DNA of 64,000 nt from Eledone cirrhosa (taxonomy: Eukaryota): NCBI GenBank assembly GCA_964016885.1, contig OZ024743.1, positions 290,842,001 through 290,906,000 of the forward strand, read 5' to 3'. The translations under genes and the position numbers were made by a program. The notes beneath the pieces were generated by a model. It made no database searches and was not told where the DNA came from. It saw nothing but the letters and a program-made list of their open reading frames with translations. Positions within the stretch are counted from its first letter, which is position 1. The number at the start of each line of letters is the position of its first letter. Below, in pieces: positions 24,903-37,328 of the stretch.

Positions 24903-27900
24903 CTAAAGCACTTCAGGATAGACGATGTTCTTCGTTTTCCTTTTCGGGACAAACGCAAAGAGATTATCTCGACTGCCAACTCGTGAGCAGGCAACGTAGA
25001 ATTGTCCGTGCGGAAAGCAAGGTTCATCCAAGTGAATTCCAGCGACTGACAGAGTTTGGCTTTGCGACTTGTTTATGGACATTGCAAAGGCAATACGAAG
25101 AGGAAATTGGGTTCGGCGAAAGGAGAAGGGAGTATCCACGCCTGATGTAGTCAGGATAATTTTTGTTTTCATCACATCCTCGCCTCTTCCACATCCGGAT
25201 AGAATGGTAGCGTCAATACTAAGTGGAGACAGTTTTTTAACCACAAGGCGTGTAACATTGCATAGTTTGGGAGAAGTGATATTTCTCAGCAAAATAACTG
25301 GTGTTCCCTCTTTCAAAACCAATGTATTAGGAGGTAAACCAGGAGGATTTAAAGAATTTAGAAATTCAAATGGATAATTGACCGCATCCTGTGGATCACA
25401 TACAGTATCAATAGATGTATATATCGGTGGACATCCAGGAAGAAGCTGAAGAAGCTGATCGTTAATACGGCTAACTGTGATGTTTTAGGGTGCAAGAATG
25501 GCTCTTTCGCATAGCCAATCAAGATTAGTATAGTTATCACGCAAGTTCGGAAATACACTCGCCTTGAGATCATTGACAGTTTCAACTACATTGCAGAATG
25601 TGATCAATTGCTATGTGTCCATCTGTATCCGGAGGTAGGTTACCATCTCCTATTGTAAGAATGTCTCCAGAAAATGTTCATGACAGAGGGTCCTCATGCA
25701 ACCTTGCACGCATGTTGAAAGTTAGTCTTAATGATGTCAATTTTCGCCACAATCTGCTCTTGTTCCTTTCGGTATTATAGGAAGAGTCTGTCTGAAGTCT
25801 CCTAATAGCAGAAGGGTGACACCCCCCATAAAGTCATTGCAATCCCGTATGTCTTGCAAAGACCTGTCTAGTGCCTCAAGTGCATTGTTTTGCGCCATTG
25901 TGCACTCATCCCAAACAATAAGGTGACACCTTCGCAGTAGATGAGCCCTTTCGGAGTATTTGGTGATATGACAAGTAGGAGTTTCCAATTTTGCCAAATC
26001 AAGGGGCAATTTAAAAACTGAATGTGCCGTCCTTCCACCAGGGAGCAATGTTGATGAGATTCCAGAGGACGCAACTGCTATTGCTATGTCCTTATTCTGT
26101 CTAACCTTTGCAAGAAGAAGTTTAGTAACGAAAGTTGTTCCTCTCTCCCCTGGAGCATCGAGTAAAAATATGCCACCTCTTCTTTGAAATACCAATTCAG
26201 TAATGGTGGTATAAGCCAGTCGTTGATCAGCGAGAAGTTTTGGCTCATTATCTGTGACGTAGAGGCCGAGATCATGGATGTCATAAGAAGTCTCTTGTAT
26301 GATATCTGTGGGAAGTTTGTTTGAGTGTGTGCGATGAGTTTCTGGTAAACCGTAGTCACGTAAAACCTTTCCTCCAATCAGAGCTAACTTATCCTCAATA
26401 TCAATGAGAGCTCTGTTGTATAATTCATTAATAAAGCCGACCTCTATTTCTGGAAGCAGCAATTGTGCTTGGTGTCTGTAGTCGTCTGTTAGTTCATCCC
26501 TATATTTCATCCACAAGGACAGAGGGTCAGATAAGTTGCACGAGTGCAAAAGTACCGCAAATAAATTTCTTAGGCTGGCAGGTGAACGTGAAAGAGCAAC
26601 ATCCGCCATCGTTGCATACCACTGCGAACAATATTTCAGCAATCCACGCCTCAAACATGCCTTTGTGTATGTTGGAAGAACTTGTCCGTCTAACGTTCGG
26701 AGATCATCAAAACAGGTAGGTCCTCTGACCTCAATTAGTAGCATGCGAAGATGGAAGCACTCGTGTTGGTTTGGAGGCACAGTATAAACTCTGCCCAAGC
26801 GCTCGTTGAACTTGAGGCCTGGATAACCTTCGACACACTGTCCTGTTTTTCTTCGCTTCCATTTTTGTCCCAGGTATAGTAAAGTGGGACTTGTGGATAT
26901 AGTAAGGTTTTAGCAAATGGATCTTCTTGACATAGTTTAAAGAATGCGGTAAGAGTAGTATCCTTTGGTTCTTGTGCTAACTGAGCAGCTGATGCATTCG
27001 TAAAATATACTCTCTGACCATTCTCTAGGTGCACTTGAAGTTTTTGAACAGCAGGATGCCGTTGATGTATTCAAGATCCGAAAATCCACCAGAACGCTTC
27101 ATTAGAGTTAATGTATCTTCCAGTTTGGTACTAGGCCACTTCATCTCGGCTATTTTCCCGAAGTAATCTAAGCGTAGCAGCATCAGAGCCTTTATTAATG
27201 TACTTACAAATTTATGATATAGATTTAATCGAATTACAGTATTCTACGTTTATGTGTGCATCAAAAATCTTTATAAGGAGTGGATTATATAGAACAATCC
27301 ATCTGTTGTCAACCTCATGTTTGCCAACCTTTGCTGCGAATCCACCATCTTCGGGTATTCTCCGGCGATATAGTGGGTATCCGTCATGATCAGTCTGAGT
27401 GTCCTTAAGGAACTGTCGGGGAAATTTCTTTGAGCACCTAGACTTGTCCTTAACACACGGTAGGTTGTTGTGAAATCCATGTCCACATGGGCCATGCACC
27501 ATGTGAGCTTTAACTTTTTGGTAAAGGTCCCTGTCGATTGCCGGATCCGGAAACTCAGCAGAAATGACATTGTCAATTTCATCTGATCTAAGTTTTGTCT
27601 TTAACCAGATCAGAATGTGGGCATGTGGCAAGCCTCGTGTTTGCCACTCAATTGTAAACATGTCACATTGTACTGTGCCAAGGATTTCACCATTTTCGAT
27701 AAGTTCCATGAGCTTAATTGACTTAAGATGGAAAACTCTGGCAATAAGATCCTACCTGGCTGTGGCTTTTTGACCTGGAAAGAGTTGTTTCTGAATCTCT
27801 TCCCATTTCAAGTTTGAAGTGAAAGTAATAAACAAATCTGGTTTACCGAAAAGGCGCACACAAGTTAAGGCCTCTTGAAATGTTTCGAAAGAGAACCGAG

Positions 27901-29539
27901 GACTTCCTGTGAAAGATCAAGGCAGGATGCACAACAGTCCAATACTATCAGGATCTGCATCATTGTTCATTCCATCACGAAGGTGAATGTAAGTGTCACA
28001 GCGAAGTTGTTTCTGATTAATTCGAATGAAGCATAATCTCTCGGACTCCATTTTTGCAAACATGTCAACTGCAAATTAATTGAAGAGGTCTTGTGATCGG
28101 TGCAGCTGGTTGAAGCAGTTGTCGCGGATCATGAACTGGAAAGCGTAAAATTATATGCACGTGACAATTTTCGTCGTATGCTCATCTTGGTTTGTGGAAT
28201 TAATTTGATGAATTCCGAAATGGTATCCATCCTCACCATAAACAAATAATAGCGGTGACTGGAGTGCGTCGTAAGATCGATTCGTTTCACTTATTCTGTT
28301 AAGGCTGTTGTCTCATCGCTTGATAATAATGTCTCTCTTGTGCTGCTCTTCACTAATAACGATGGCTACCTCATTACAAGTAGGTGCATTATACGGGCCC
28401 GCATGATCCCCAGATAGTCTCTCATCAGCGTAAATGACGATATCGTAATTTGGCGAAGGTGCTTCTTCTAAAGCATACTTGAAGCTTTGAATGTAGCTAT
28501 TGTTAGAGTGGAGCATATCTTGGAGGTCAATCAAGAGTTCCACTTTAGTGTCTGAAGTGTCGATTGCCATCGATCTGCTTGCTGACAGTTAACAGTAAAG
28601 TAAACCTGTAAAAATCGTGGCTCTTCAGTAGGCAGCGGTTGCAGTGATCCAATGAGATGATACACCTGGCCCTGTACTTTGAAAGTCGGCATAAATCTAT
28701 CTTCCTTCAGATGTTTTGCACCGAAAGAGCTCATTTGAAACGCAATGTTGTACTTTCGGATATGCTTAAAAAAATCATGTTATTGTGAATGCTTACCTGT
28801 TAGAAGCATCTGGAGATGTTGCGGTGGTTCCCTAAGGGTGGGCAAATTAACCTTACCGTTGGAGCAGCACATTCCAGCTGATTAACCCCCCCCCCCCCCC
28901 CCCACACGCACACACACACTTTTTAGCTTTACAATGTTGGCAAGTATTTGACATTGCATATATTTGAATATCAGGAAGGATATGATAGTTTACATTAGGG
29001 TCATAATTAACTGCCTTAAGGTACCATCGTGAGCGTGATGCCTTTGAAATACCCCGCGAGAAAGCTCTACGTTGAGCGTTACCCTCCAGCCGAATAGCTC
29101 GACTTGTTACAGTCTCTACAGCTCGTGCCGTAGCAGTAGCTGAAGCATTTCTCAAATGCCGACTTTGACGTTCTTGCTCAGTCTCAATTGCTCTTGCTGC
29201 AACATTAGCTGAAGCATTACGCGCACGGCGTCTTTCATATTTTTGTACTGTCTCTGCAGATCTTGCTGCAGCAGTATCTGTAGCATCCATAGCAAGGCGT
29301 GTTTCACTTAGCTCTGTAGTTTCTGCAGCTCGTGCTGCAGCAGTTGCTTTAGCATTATTGGATCGCCGCACTAACCGACGCTCAGCGGCGGACAAAGATG
29401 TTACAATAACTGTACTCACCGCATTTTGTGATTGTCTATTTTCGCTTATCGTCGGAGCGTCATTTACACGCATTGTTTTCTTCGACGGAGAGGTCAAAGT
29501 CCGAGAGCCAATATATGCATAGTTTCTTTTACGGGGCAT
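24903..29539 (-). pseudogene. Helitron RepHel (HUH Rep plus PIF1-like helicase), many stops and frameshifts
   Basis: Motifs PTFKVQGQVYH, EWQTRGLPHAHIL, MVHGPCG, HINVEYC, LVHLENGQRVYF-like, VASSGISSTLLPGGRTAHS, IVWDE, GDFRQTLP and QFPLRIAFAMSINKSQ. Confidence 0.93.
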
Positions 29540-29739
29540 ATTTGGTGAAAAGTTGTAAAGTAAAAATGTATGAATTGAAGCGTTACAGTAAAATTAAAAA
29601 TATACTGGCCAAACATAAAAAAATCATTTGAATAACTACATCTTGTTCAGTATGTTCCTTCATTGTCAAAAAAGTTTGATGTGTACGAATACAGCTGGAA
29701 GCATAGATTATGCCTGCCTCAAATGTGGACGAAATTACT

Positions 29740-30150
29740 TGAAAAATGTAAAAGCGGTATGTCCCAATGGTTTGAATGGAAAGTCCCACAAGGATTGTTC
29801 TAAAAATAAACAAACCATCATCAAAATCACGTCAATTCGAGACTGCTGCGAGATTAGGCCCTTACCACGAAAATGAACACTTAATATAGTGAAACAAGTG
29901 AAAACAAGTGTTTTTTTAACTTTGAAAGTGCAACCATTTTTTTTTTGTATCAACATGGCTTATGAAAGTTTTAAAAATGTAAAAGTTGTAGGTCCCAATG
30001 GTTTGAATGGAAAGTCCCATAACGATTGTTTAAAAATAAACAAACCATCATCAATTCGAGACTGCTGCGAGATTAGGCACTTAACGCGAAAATTAACACT
30101 TAATATAGTGAAACAAGTTAAAACAACAAGTGTTCTTTCAACTTTGAAAT
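29740..30150. repeat. Tandem duplication (~230 bp period) in the Helitron 5' region
   Basis: aaaaatgtaaaag...gtcccaatggtttgaatggaaagtccca...tcaattcgagactgctgcgagattagg...actttgaaa occurs twice. Confidence 0.85.
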
Positions 30151-30970
30151 CGCAACAAAGAATAAACAAGAAACAAACGATAATATTAGTGATTTATCTT
30201 CAAATGAATCTGATGTTATATTTCTGAAAAGTTGGTTATCTCCCTTTTTTATAAGGATTGCCAATAAAGTTGGTTATCTCTCTTACATCAATTTTGCTAC
30301 CGATAATTTTGATATCGATTTTTTATTGCTCAACAGGGGTCGATTTGAAAATTGTTTGTGTTGCGACCATCTTAGCGACCTGTGCAACGTGTACATAAAA
30401 TGTGGTCAAATTCGGTTGCTAATTGTAAAAGCCTTAGGTATCCAAACTTGGACACACACACATCCTTGCTTTTATATATATATAAAGATATATAAAATCA
30501 TTTGACAACGAACATGTTACGTGTTACTTCAAATCATTCACTATTGACCGTGTATAAAACCATGTGAGTGCACTTCTTTTACAGTATGGTGCTAACTAGC
30601 ACGTCTTACAGCCTATTTTAGAATGCTATACCATAAAAAAATATACAGCGGTCAGCGATACGAGAGTGGTTTAACTCATCTTCAAACGATATAATGGTAT
30701 TTCAAATACATCGTGTATATGGATAAATGCGTTTATATCTAGTAATATATCATAATATTGATTTTAATTATGCAAAATAATTATTTAGTCAGAAAGTGAT
30801 ATAAATGCAAGGTTAAGATTCCATAATGTTATGAAATAACTTGCAATTAAATAAATGTTCAATAATATATACGAGGAGTGATTACTCACATGCTGGTATA
30901 ATATATACGAGGACTGATTACTCACATCTTTTAACAAGAAAAGTATTTGTACGTCTGCAATCTTCGTCTT

Positions 30971-31990
30971 TCTATATATAACATTTTTATCTCTCTGTTT
31001 GTCTGTCAGTCTGTTCCTATGCATTCTCCAACGGCTCGCCCAAATCGAATTACATTTTACAAGATAATAGTATTAGACCCTGGGTGTGTCAACATATAAT
31101 ATTAATTTTCATTTGGATTAAAACAATACAACATTTTAACTAAAATATTATTTCTATAGTCAAGTATAGTAAACCACCATCAAGACGACGACGATGTCAC
31201 ATTTTGTATGAGTGTGGTATATGTGTCTGTGAATGTGTGTGTGTGTTTGCGAGTTCGTTTCGTAAGTTAGGCTTTAGAGATGTGTAGACACACCCATGTC
31301 TACACATACATATAGCCTTAGTAAGTTGCATACACATTTTCTTCACAGACAGAGAAGTAAACACACAAACATCTATGCATACATATACATATGTGCTGAC
31401 TGACAAGTAATAGGTGTCCGTGAATGTATGTATGTGTGTGTCTGTCTTAGTGTATGTATGTGAGTGTATGTGTGTGTGAGTGTATGTATGTGTGATAATT
31501 GTTATTTTCATTTGGATTAAAACAATACAATGATGTCACATCGTGTATATGAATATGTATGTGTATGTGAGTGTGTGTGTTTGCGCGTTCGTTAGGTACG
31601 TTATTAAATGCACACACGCATCTACATATACATATATGACGACTGACAAAAAAATGAGGTGAAAACCTATGCGTGTGTCTATGTGAATGTATGTCTATGT
31701 GTGTCTCTCTTAGTATATGCATGTCAGTGTATGGGAGAGTGTATGTGTGTGAGTGTGTAGCAATAATTTATTCATTTGGACACCAACAGAAAATTACATA
31801 AAGAATATTGCTTACCCTAAGGTGCTTCACAATTGACATATTTTCATTTCTTAATTCTATTATGAATTACAACTTTGATATTCTTTTCCATAAAACATTG
31901 ATATTTTGAAATAGTTATGAAATAAAAAATGATATCTTCATATTTATGAAGAATAGCAGTAATCTGGGAAACCCCGGATAATTCAGCTAG
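30971..31990 (+). mobile_element. Non-autonomous Helitron
   Basis: Begins TCTATATATAA...ctgtttgtctgtc. Ends with hairpin atctggg/cccggat, a 7-nt spacer and CTAG|T. Contains internal TG-rich imperfect repeats. Confidence 0.65.
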
Positions 31991-32559
31991 TTATATAATA
32001 TAAACAAATTCCAAGACAAGACAGGATTACATTATTTCTAGAAAGTTGACAACATTTCTAGTGGCCTTACGTAGACATGATAAATAAGTGATCACAAATT
32101 CCAGAATCAATTCCTTTATTTCACACGCTCATTAAATATTATTACTGCAGACACATTCATCGCAGTTGCAGCAAGCATATTAATATTTATAATTAACTTG
32201 TGTAGATAAATCTAAGGAATAATAATTTCTGAAAATCAAGATTATTAATATATGAAGAGTTTAACATTTTCTATAGAACGCATTATCTATTCTGAGAAAT
32301 ATGTTGTCTATCTGAGTAATATTTTACTCCATCTTCAATTCCAGAATATGTGTAATATTGTTTTACACATGAAGCAATCAGGCTTATTTACAGTTATTTT
32401 CGAAAAATACTTAACGTATCGTATGTGGTAAGATTCAATATAAATAATTCATTAACATTTGTATATTACATATAAAAATATACAAGAATTGTAATTACAT
32501 ATAGTAATGCTCCAGCATTAGTAATCAGAAAGAGGTCGGTAGCTGTAAAAGCCAAATTA

Positions 32560-33000
32560 ATCATCTCAATCCGATATTGGGGCCAGCCCTTAAATATGGC
32601 CATGAATATTGTCTGATGACCGAAAGTATATGATCGTGAATACAAGCGGTGGAAATGGGGTTCCTCCAAAGGTTCTGTGGAGTAACGTTACACGATAGAG
32701 TGCGCAGGTAGAACCAGGTAGAACCAGGTAGAACCTCTACTGCTATCACAGCTTCGTTACTATGGGCATGGGGTTAGAATGTCTAAGAAAAACATCACTG
32801 GAGAGATTTTACGGGCAAATCCAACTGGCTGGAGGGTCTGAGGGAGAAGCTGAACAAGATAGTTGCATAACATCTAGGTGCTTGACTGGTCTCGCTTACG
32901 GATCGATCTAGATAATTTGAAAACGGTTGCTTCTGATGGGACGCGCAGGAAGGAGGGTTTGATGACTCTGCCCACAAGGCATTATCATAAATAATTGGGC
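32560..33000 (+). mobile_element. Decayed RTE-like LINE 3' end
   Basis: Translates IQAVEMGFLQRFCGVTLHDRVR...LRYYGHGVRM and is followed by a trinucleotide tail. Confidence 0.6.
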
Positions 33001-33003
33001 GAA

Positions 33004-33004
<1 letters not shown>

Positions 33005-33034
<30 letters not shown>

Positions 33035-33111
33035 AAGAAGAAGAAGAAGAAGAAGAAGAAGAAGAAGAAGAAGAAGAAGAAGAAGAAGAAGAAGAAGAAG
33101 AAGAAGAAGAA

Positions 33112-33142
<31 letters not shown>
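33005..33142. repeat. Compound (AAG)n(GAT)n microsatellite
   Basis: Direct reading. Confidence 0.95.
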
Positions 33143-33143
<1 letters not shown>

Positions 33144-33920
33144 CGGCCAGGGATGAAATTTATATGATCATATATATATATATTGAGCGTTGATGATGTG
33201 TAACTAACTGTCAATAAGAACAACAATTTCATGCTGATATTTATCAACAAATAGGTAGGAGTGCATTTAAGAAACACAGTTTATATCGTAACCGAATTAC
33301 CGAATATATTGAAATAACCCGCAGCAAACAAATGTTATTAGAAACCTGTAGAGTAATGAAGAATATATCACTGATCCGTTGAGTAACACATATATCATTA
33401 TATCCGATTCACCTCAAACATCAATTGATCCGCCATCGATCAATTGTTTCCGTTTCCTTTCCTACATATTGAACACTTACAAAGCGGATAGCTGGTATCC
33501 AATCGGAGATGTAATTCAAAGTAAAGAAAATATATTTTTTTTACTATGAAAATTCATTGAACGCCATCCTGTGCAGAAGAAAGCAAATGATACTTTTGAA
33601 ACATATTTCTCCCCCTTATTATTCGTAGTATATCCATCGATATGTTAGTGTGTGTATGTATTTAAGCTTACCGAAAACACTGGACACAATCGTTTAAGAA
33701 AAATTTGTATTCCTTTCACATTTGTGCGGATATATGAATCAACGTTTCATATATATATATATGTATATATAATAATAATAATAATATTATTATTTATACT
33801 TATATATAAACTGTATATAGTTTAAACAGGAAAGGTCAGTATTTTTTATTTTTACCACCTTATTACCGGTATGAAAAATAGCTCAATGTAAATACATCAG
33901 AAGCCTTACAGAGCAGGAAT

Positions 33921-34684
33921 ATAAAGTTCAAAACAATCTAAACTATGTTCAAAACCTTTTATTGCTGACAATCGTTTCTTGCAAACAGCCGTTTGGATTT
34001 ATCGGAGCATTGGCGAAGTTTAAACACATAATTAAGTTCCTATTCCACAGAACAATGATAAAGATACGTTGATATTATTGTTGCTATCAATAGTGTCATA
34101 TTCAATGAGAGTGAGGATGTTGTGGTCTGTAGCAATGGGTATAATAAAGATTATAACATAATTATAAAAGATGGTTATTCTCAAAGGAATGCATTAGTGG
34201 TACATACGCATATAGACAGAAAGAGTGCAGAGGTATCAAGCATATACAGAATAACATGGTAAAGAAAGCAAAGATATTAAGTATATATAGCATATGACAA
34301 ATATATCACAACACATAGGCGTAACAGGATGAACATATTAAGCAGTCAGGAATGCATGGGTAGAATATTAGCTCTGCACTCTTACTGTCTATATGCCTAT
34401 GTACCACTAATGTCCTCCTTTGAGAATAACCTTCTTTTATAATTATTTCATAATCTGTATTATACCCATTGCTACAGACCACAACATCCACACTCTCATT
34501 GAATATGACACTATTGATAGCAACAATAAAATCAACGTATCTTTATCATTGTTCTGTGGAATAGGAATTTAATTATGTGTTTAAACTTTGCCAATGCTCC
34601 GATAAATCCAAACTGCTGTTTGGAAGAAACGATTGTCAGCAATAAAATTTATTGAACATAGTTTTGATTGTTTTGAACTTTATA
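33921..34684. mobile_element. Non-coding foldback element (~310 bp imperfect arms, ~140 bp spacer), probably PLE-pLTR-derived
   Basis: ~33921-34231 is the reverse complement of ~34373-34684. Each arm has a hammerhead-shaped motif. The element is followed by (CA)n(TA)n(TG)n. Confidence 0.8.
34595..34641 (+). ncRNA. Hammerhead-shaped motif with non-canonical core CCGAUAA (mirror copy at 33963-34009, minus)
   Basis: ugcu-CCGAUAA-a uccaaac ugcu guuugga a-GAAA-c gauu g-UC-agca. Confidence 0.45.
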
Positions 34685-34688
34685 TGTG

Positions 34689-34830
<142 letters not shown>

Positions 34831-35911
34831 TGTGGGTGTGTGGGTGTGTGTGTGGGTGTGTATGTATGTATATATGTGTGTGTTTGTGTGTGTGTGTCTT
34901 TCTGTTACATATAATGCTACATTGTTTATCCAGGTGTACAATAAAGTGTCACAATTCTTCTTAATTTGAATCCGCCGTGAGCAAGTTTTAGAGCCTGGCA
35001 CCAGTTGCTCTATCATTTTTGCAGGTTTATTTTCATTGTTTGTACGCCAAATTGTTATTGGTCTATCTCCAGGACTCTCTGTCCTGGGGTGGTATCCTGT
35101 TAATAACAATCTTAGCAGGACAATAAACAGCGAGGAACAACGTGTACTTTTGATTTCGCAACACTAATCCTCAGAGCAAACTGTTCGCTGGTATATTTTG
35201 GTATATTTACAATATGTTTATACTGTTTGGCTATACAATATATCCTTGGTAGGTTCCATAAACTGGGTCCGTATGGATTATCAGTCTAATATTTAGATAC
35301 ACTCAAGTATCAAGCGGAGATAGGCATCCTGCAAAAGATTCTATCCGACCTTCTAACGGCACTTTCAATTTCATGTGTATATTACACAGTTAGAGATGCT
35401 CATGTTTCAGGTTTTCTGACCCCCCCCCCAAAAAAAAAATATATATAATAGTAATAAATAAACACACAAATCATTTAAAATGTTGTAAGCATTACAGGCA
35501 TCTGCAAATTGTCTTTAATTCTCATTGTATATGAATATTTGACTACATAATTTATAACTACTTATTGTATTAATCAGTGAAAATACGTGATTTTATTTTA
35601 GAACAGGGGAATGAAATTTAAATATGTTCAAACTAGGAGAAAAATTAATTCGTAGAGAATCTTTAGGTGCGTCAGCACAAACACATTTAATTGCATTATG
35701 AAAATAAGAGAAATCCGTGAATTGAATAAGGCACAATGTTCGAACCTCTAGCGTTTATCTACTTCTCAAGACACACGAGCATGAGTTATGCATGTTAAAC
35801 AAATAAGAAACATTCACTTATGAGAAACGTTGAGATGGTGTGTAACCGTAAACATTAGTCAATAAATTTGGTAAATAATGAAATAAATAACTAAATAGAA
35901 ATATTGAATAG

Positions 35912-35962
<51 letters not shown>

Positions 35963-35973
35963 ATAGTAGTAGC

Positions 35974-36012
<39 letters not shown>

Positions 36013-36026
36013 TGTTGTAGTAGTAG
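35912..36026. repeat. (TAG)n microsatellite
   Basis: Direct reading. Confidence 0.95.
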
Positions 36027-36264
36027 TTCTAGAATAGGCAATGGGATCCAGGGAACAGCATGCAGAAGAATCATGGCCGTCGAAAGATTCCTGCGGATTT
36101 ATCATAAAAAAGGTGTTCATAGATTAACGCAAGATATATATTACTGAATATAATGTAACATTTATCGTAAGTAGAATTGCCATACATAGACATAGTCGGT
36201 CTGTATCTGTCTCTGTGTCTGTATTTATAGATGTGTAAGTATGTATATATATATATATATATAA

Positions 36265-37260
36265 TACATTATGAAGAGAGAAGAAACATTAGATATATTT
36301 AATAATAAGATATATCATACCTAAACTCCTTCGTTACTCCCCAGCTACGTAGTTTCGTGGCATATTATGCAAAAACACTACATCACAGAGATATAGAATG
36401 TTTGTGAGGTCTGCCGACTTATCAAGAGGATACCCCATTAAGAGTTTCAGAACACGTCCGTAGGACGCGAGATAGAATCCTGAAAGGCGGAGGGGGAGTC
36501 AATCACGTGATACAGCGGTCAAGAAACAGAACTAAGCCTCTTATAACCATGAAAAAAATACCACGGAGGCGGAGGGGGTACTTATATCAAAGCCGTAGAA
36601 GAGGTGGCTAAGGTGGCGAGAAGTATGAATAATGATAACTTTCCAGCAGTCACTACACTTCAAAGGTTACTCGACCAAAGGGAGTTATAAACAATATATA
36701 TGTGTGTTTCTATTTCTGTTATCATTACTCATACTTCTCGCCACCTTAGCCACCTCTTCTACGGCTTTGATATAAGTACGCCCTCCGCCTCCGTAGTATT
36801 TTTTTCATGGTTATAAGAAGCTTAGCTCTGTTTCTTGACCGCTGTATCGCGTGATTGACTCCCCCTCCGCCTTTCGAGATTCTATCTCGCGTCCTACGGA
36901 CGTGTTTTGAAACTCTTATTGAGGTATCCTCTTGATAAGTCGGCATACCTCACAAAAATTCTATATCTCTGTGATGATGTGTTTTTGCATAATATGCCAC
37001 GAAACTACGTAGTCGGGGAGTAACGAAGGAGTTTAGGTATGATATATCTTATTATTAATTATATCTAATCTTTCTTTTCTCTTCATAATGTAGTATATCG
37101 CTTTGATACTGAACCAATCTAATCCATTCGTATTATTTTGTCCCAGTTATTCATAAAGCAACATCGGTTGAGGTTGGCACCACTAATTCAGAGATATATG
37201 TGGATATATTCATGTATATGTATGTGTCCGCATGTATCTGTGTATTTCTTTATATTGTAT
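36265..37260. mobile_element. Non-coding foldback element (arms 36265-36639 and 36718-37092), same family as 55245-55817
   Basis: Imperfect inverted repeat of ~375 bp, flanked by (AT)n. A degenerate hammerhead-like motif lies at ~36965-37020 (gtgatga-tgtg...cac-gaaac tacgta gtc). Confidence 0.8.
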
Positions 37261-37275
37261 ATATATATATAGTAT

Positions 37276-37280
<5 letters not shown>

Positions 37281-37328
<48 letters not shown>
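37281..37328. repeat. (AAT)n tract at the 5' flank of the Dong-like element
   Basis: Direct reading; matched by (TAA)n at 41359-41383. Confidence 0.95.

Larger units (their letters stand above)
24419..30488 (-). mobile_element. Full-length decayed autonomous Helitron
   Basis: On the minus strand the 5' end is TC(TTTATATA) at 30488 and the 3' end is the hairpin cccgagcaacgccggg followed by CTAG at 24419. The insertion lies between A and T with no TSD and encodes a broken RepHel. Confidence 0.93.

Noticed and set aside
34910-35120. Non-repetitive minus-strand reading frame that could be a host exon
   Set aside because: No recognisable domain or convincing splice sites, and the ORF length is inflated by the adjacent microsatellite.
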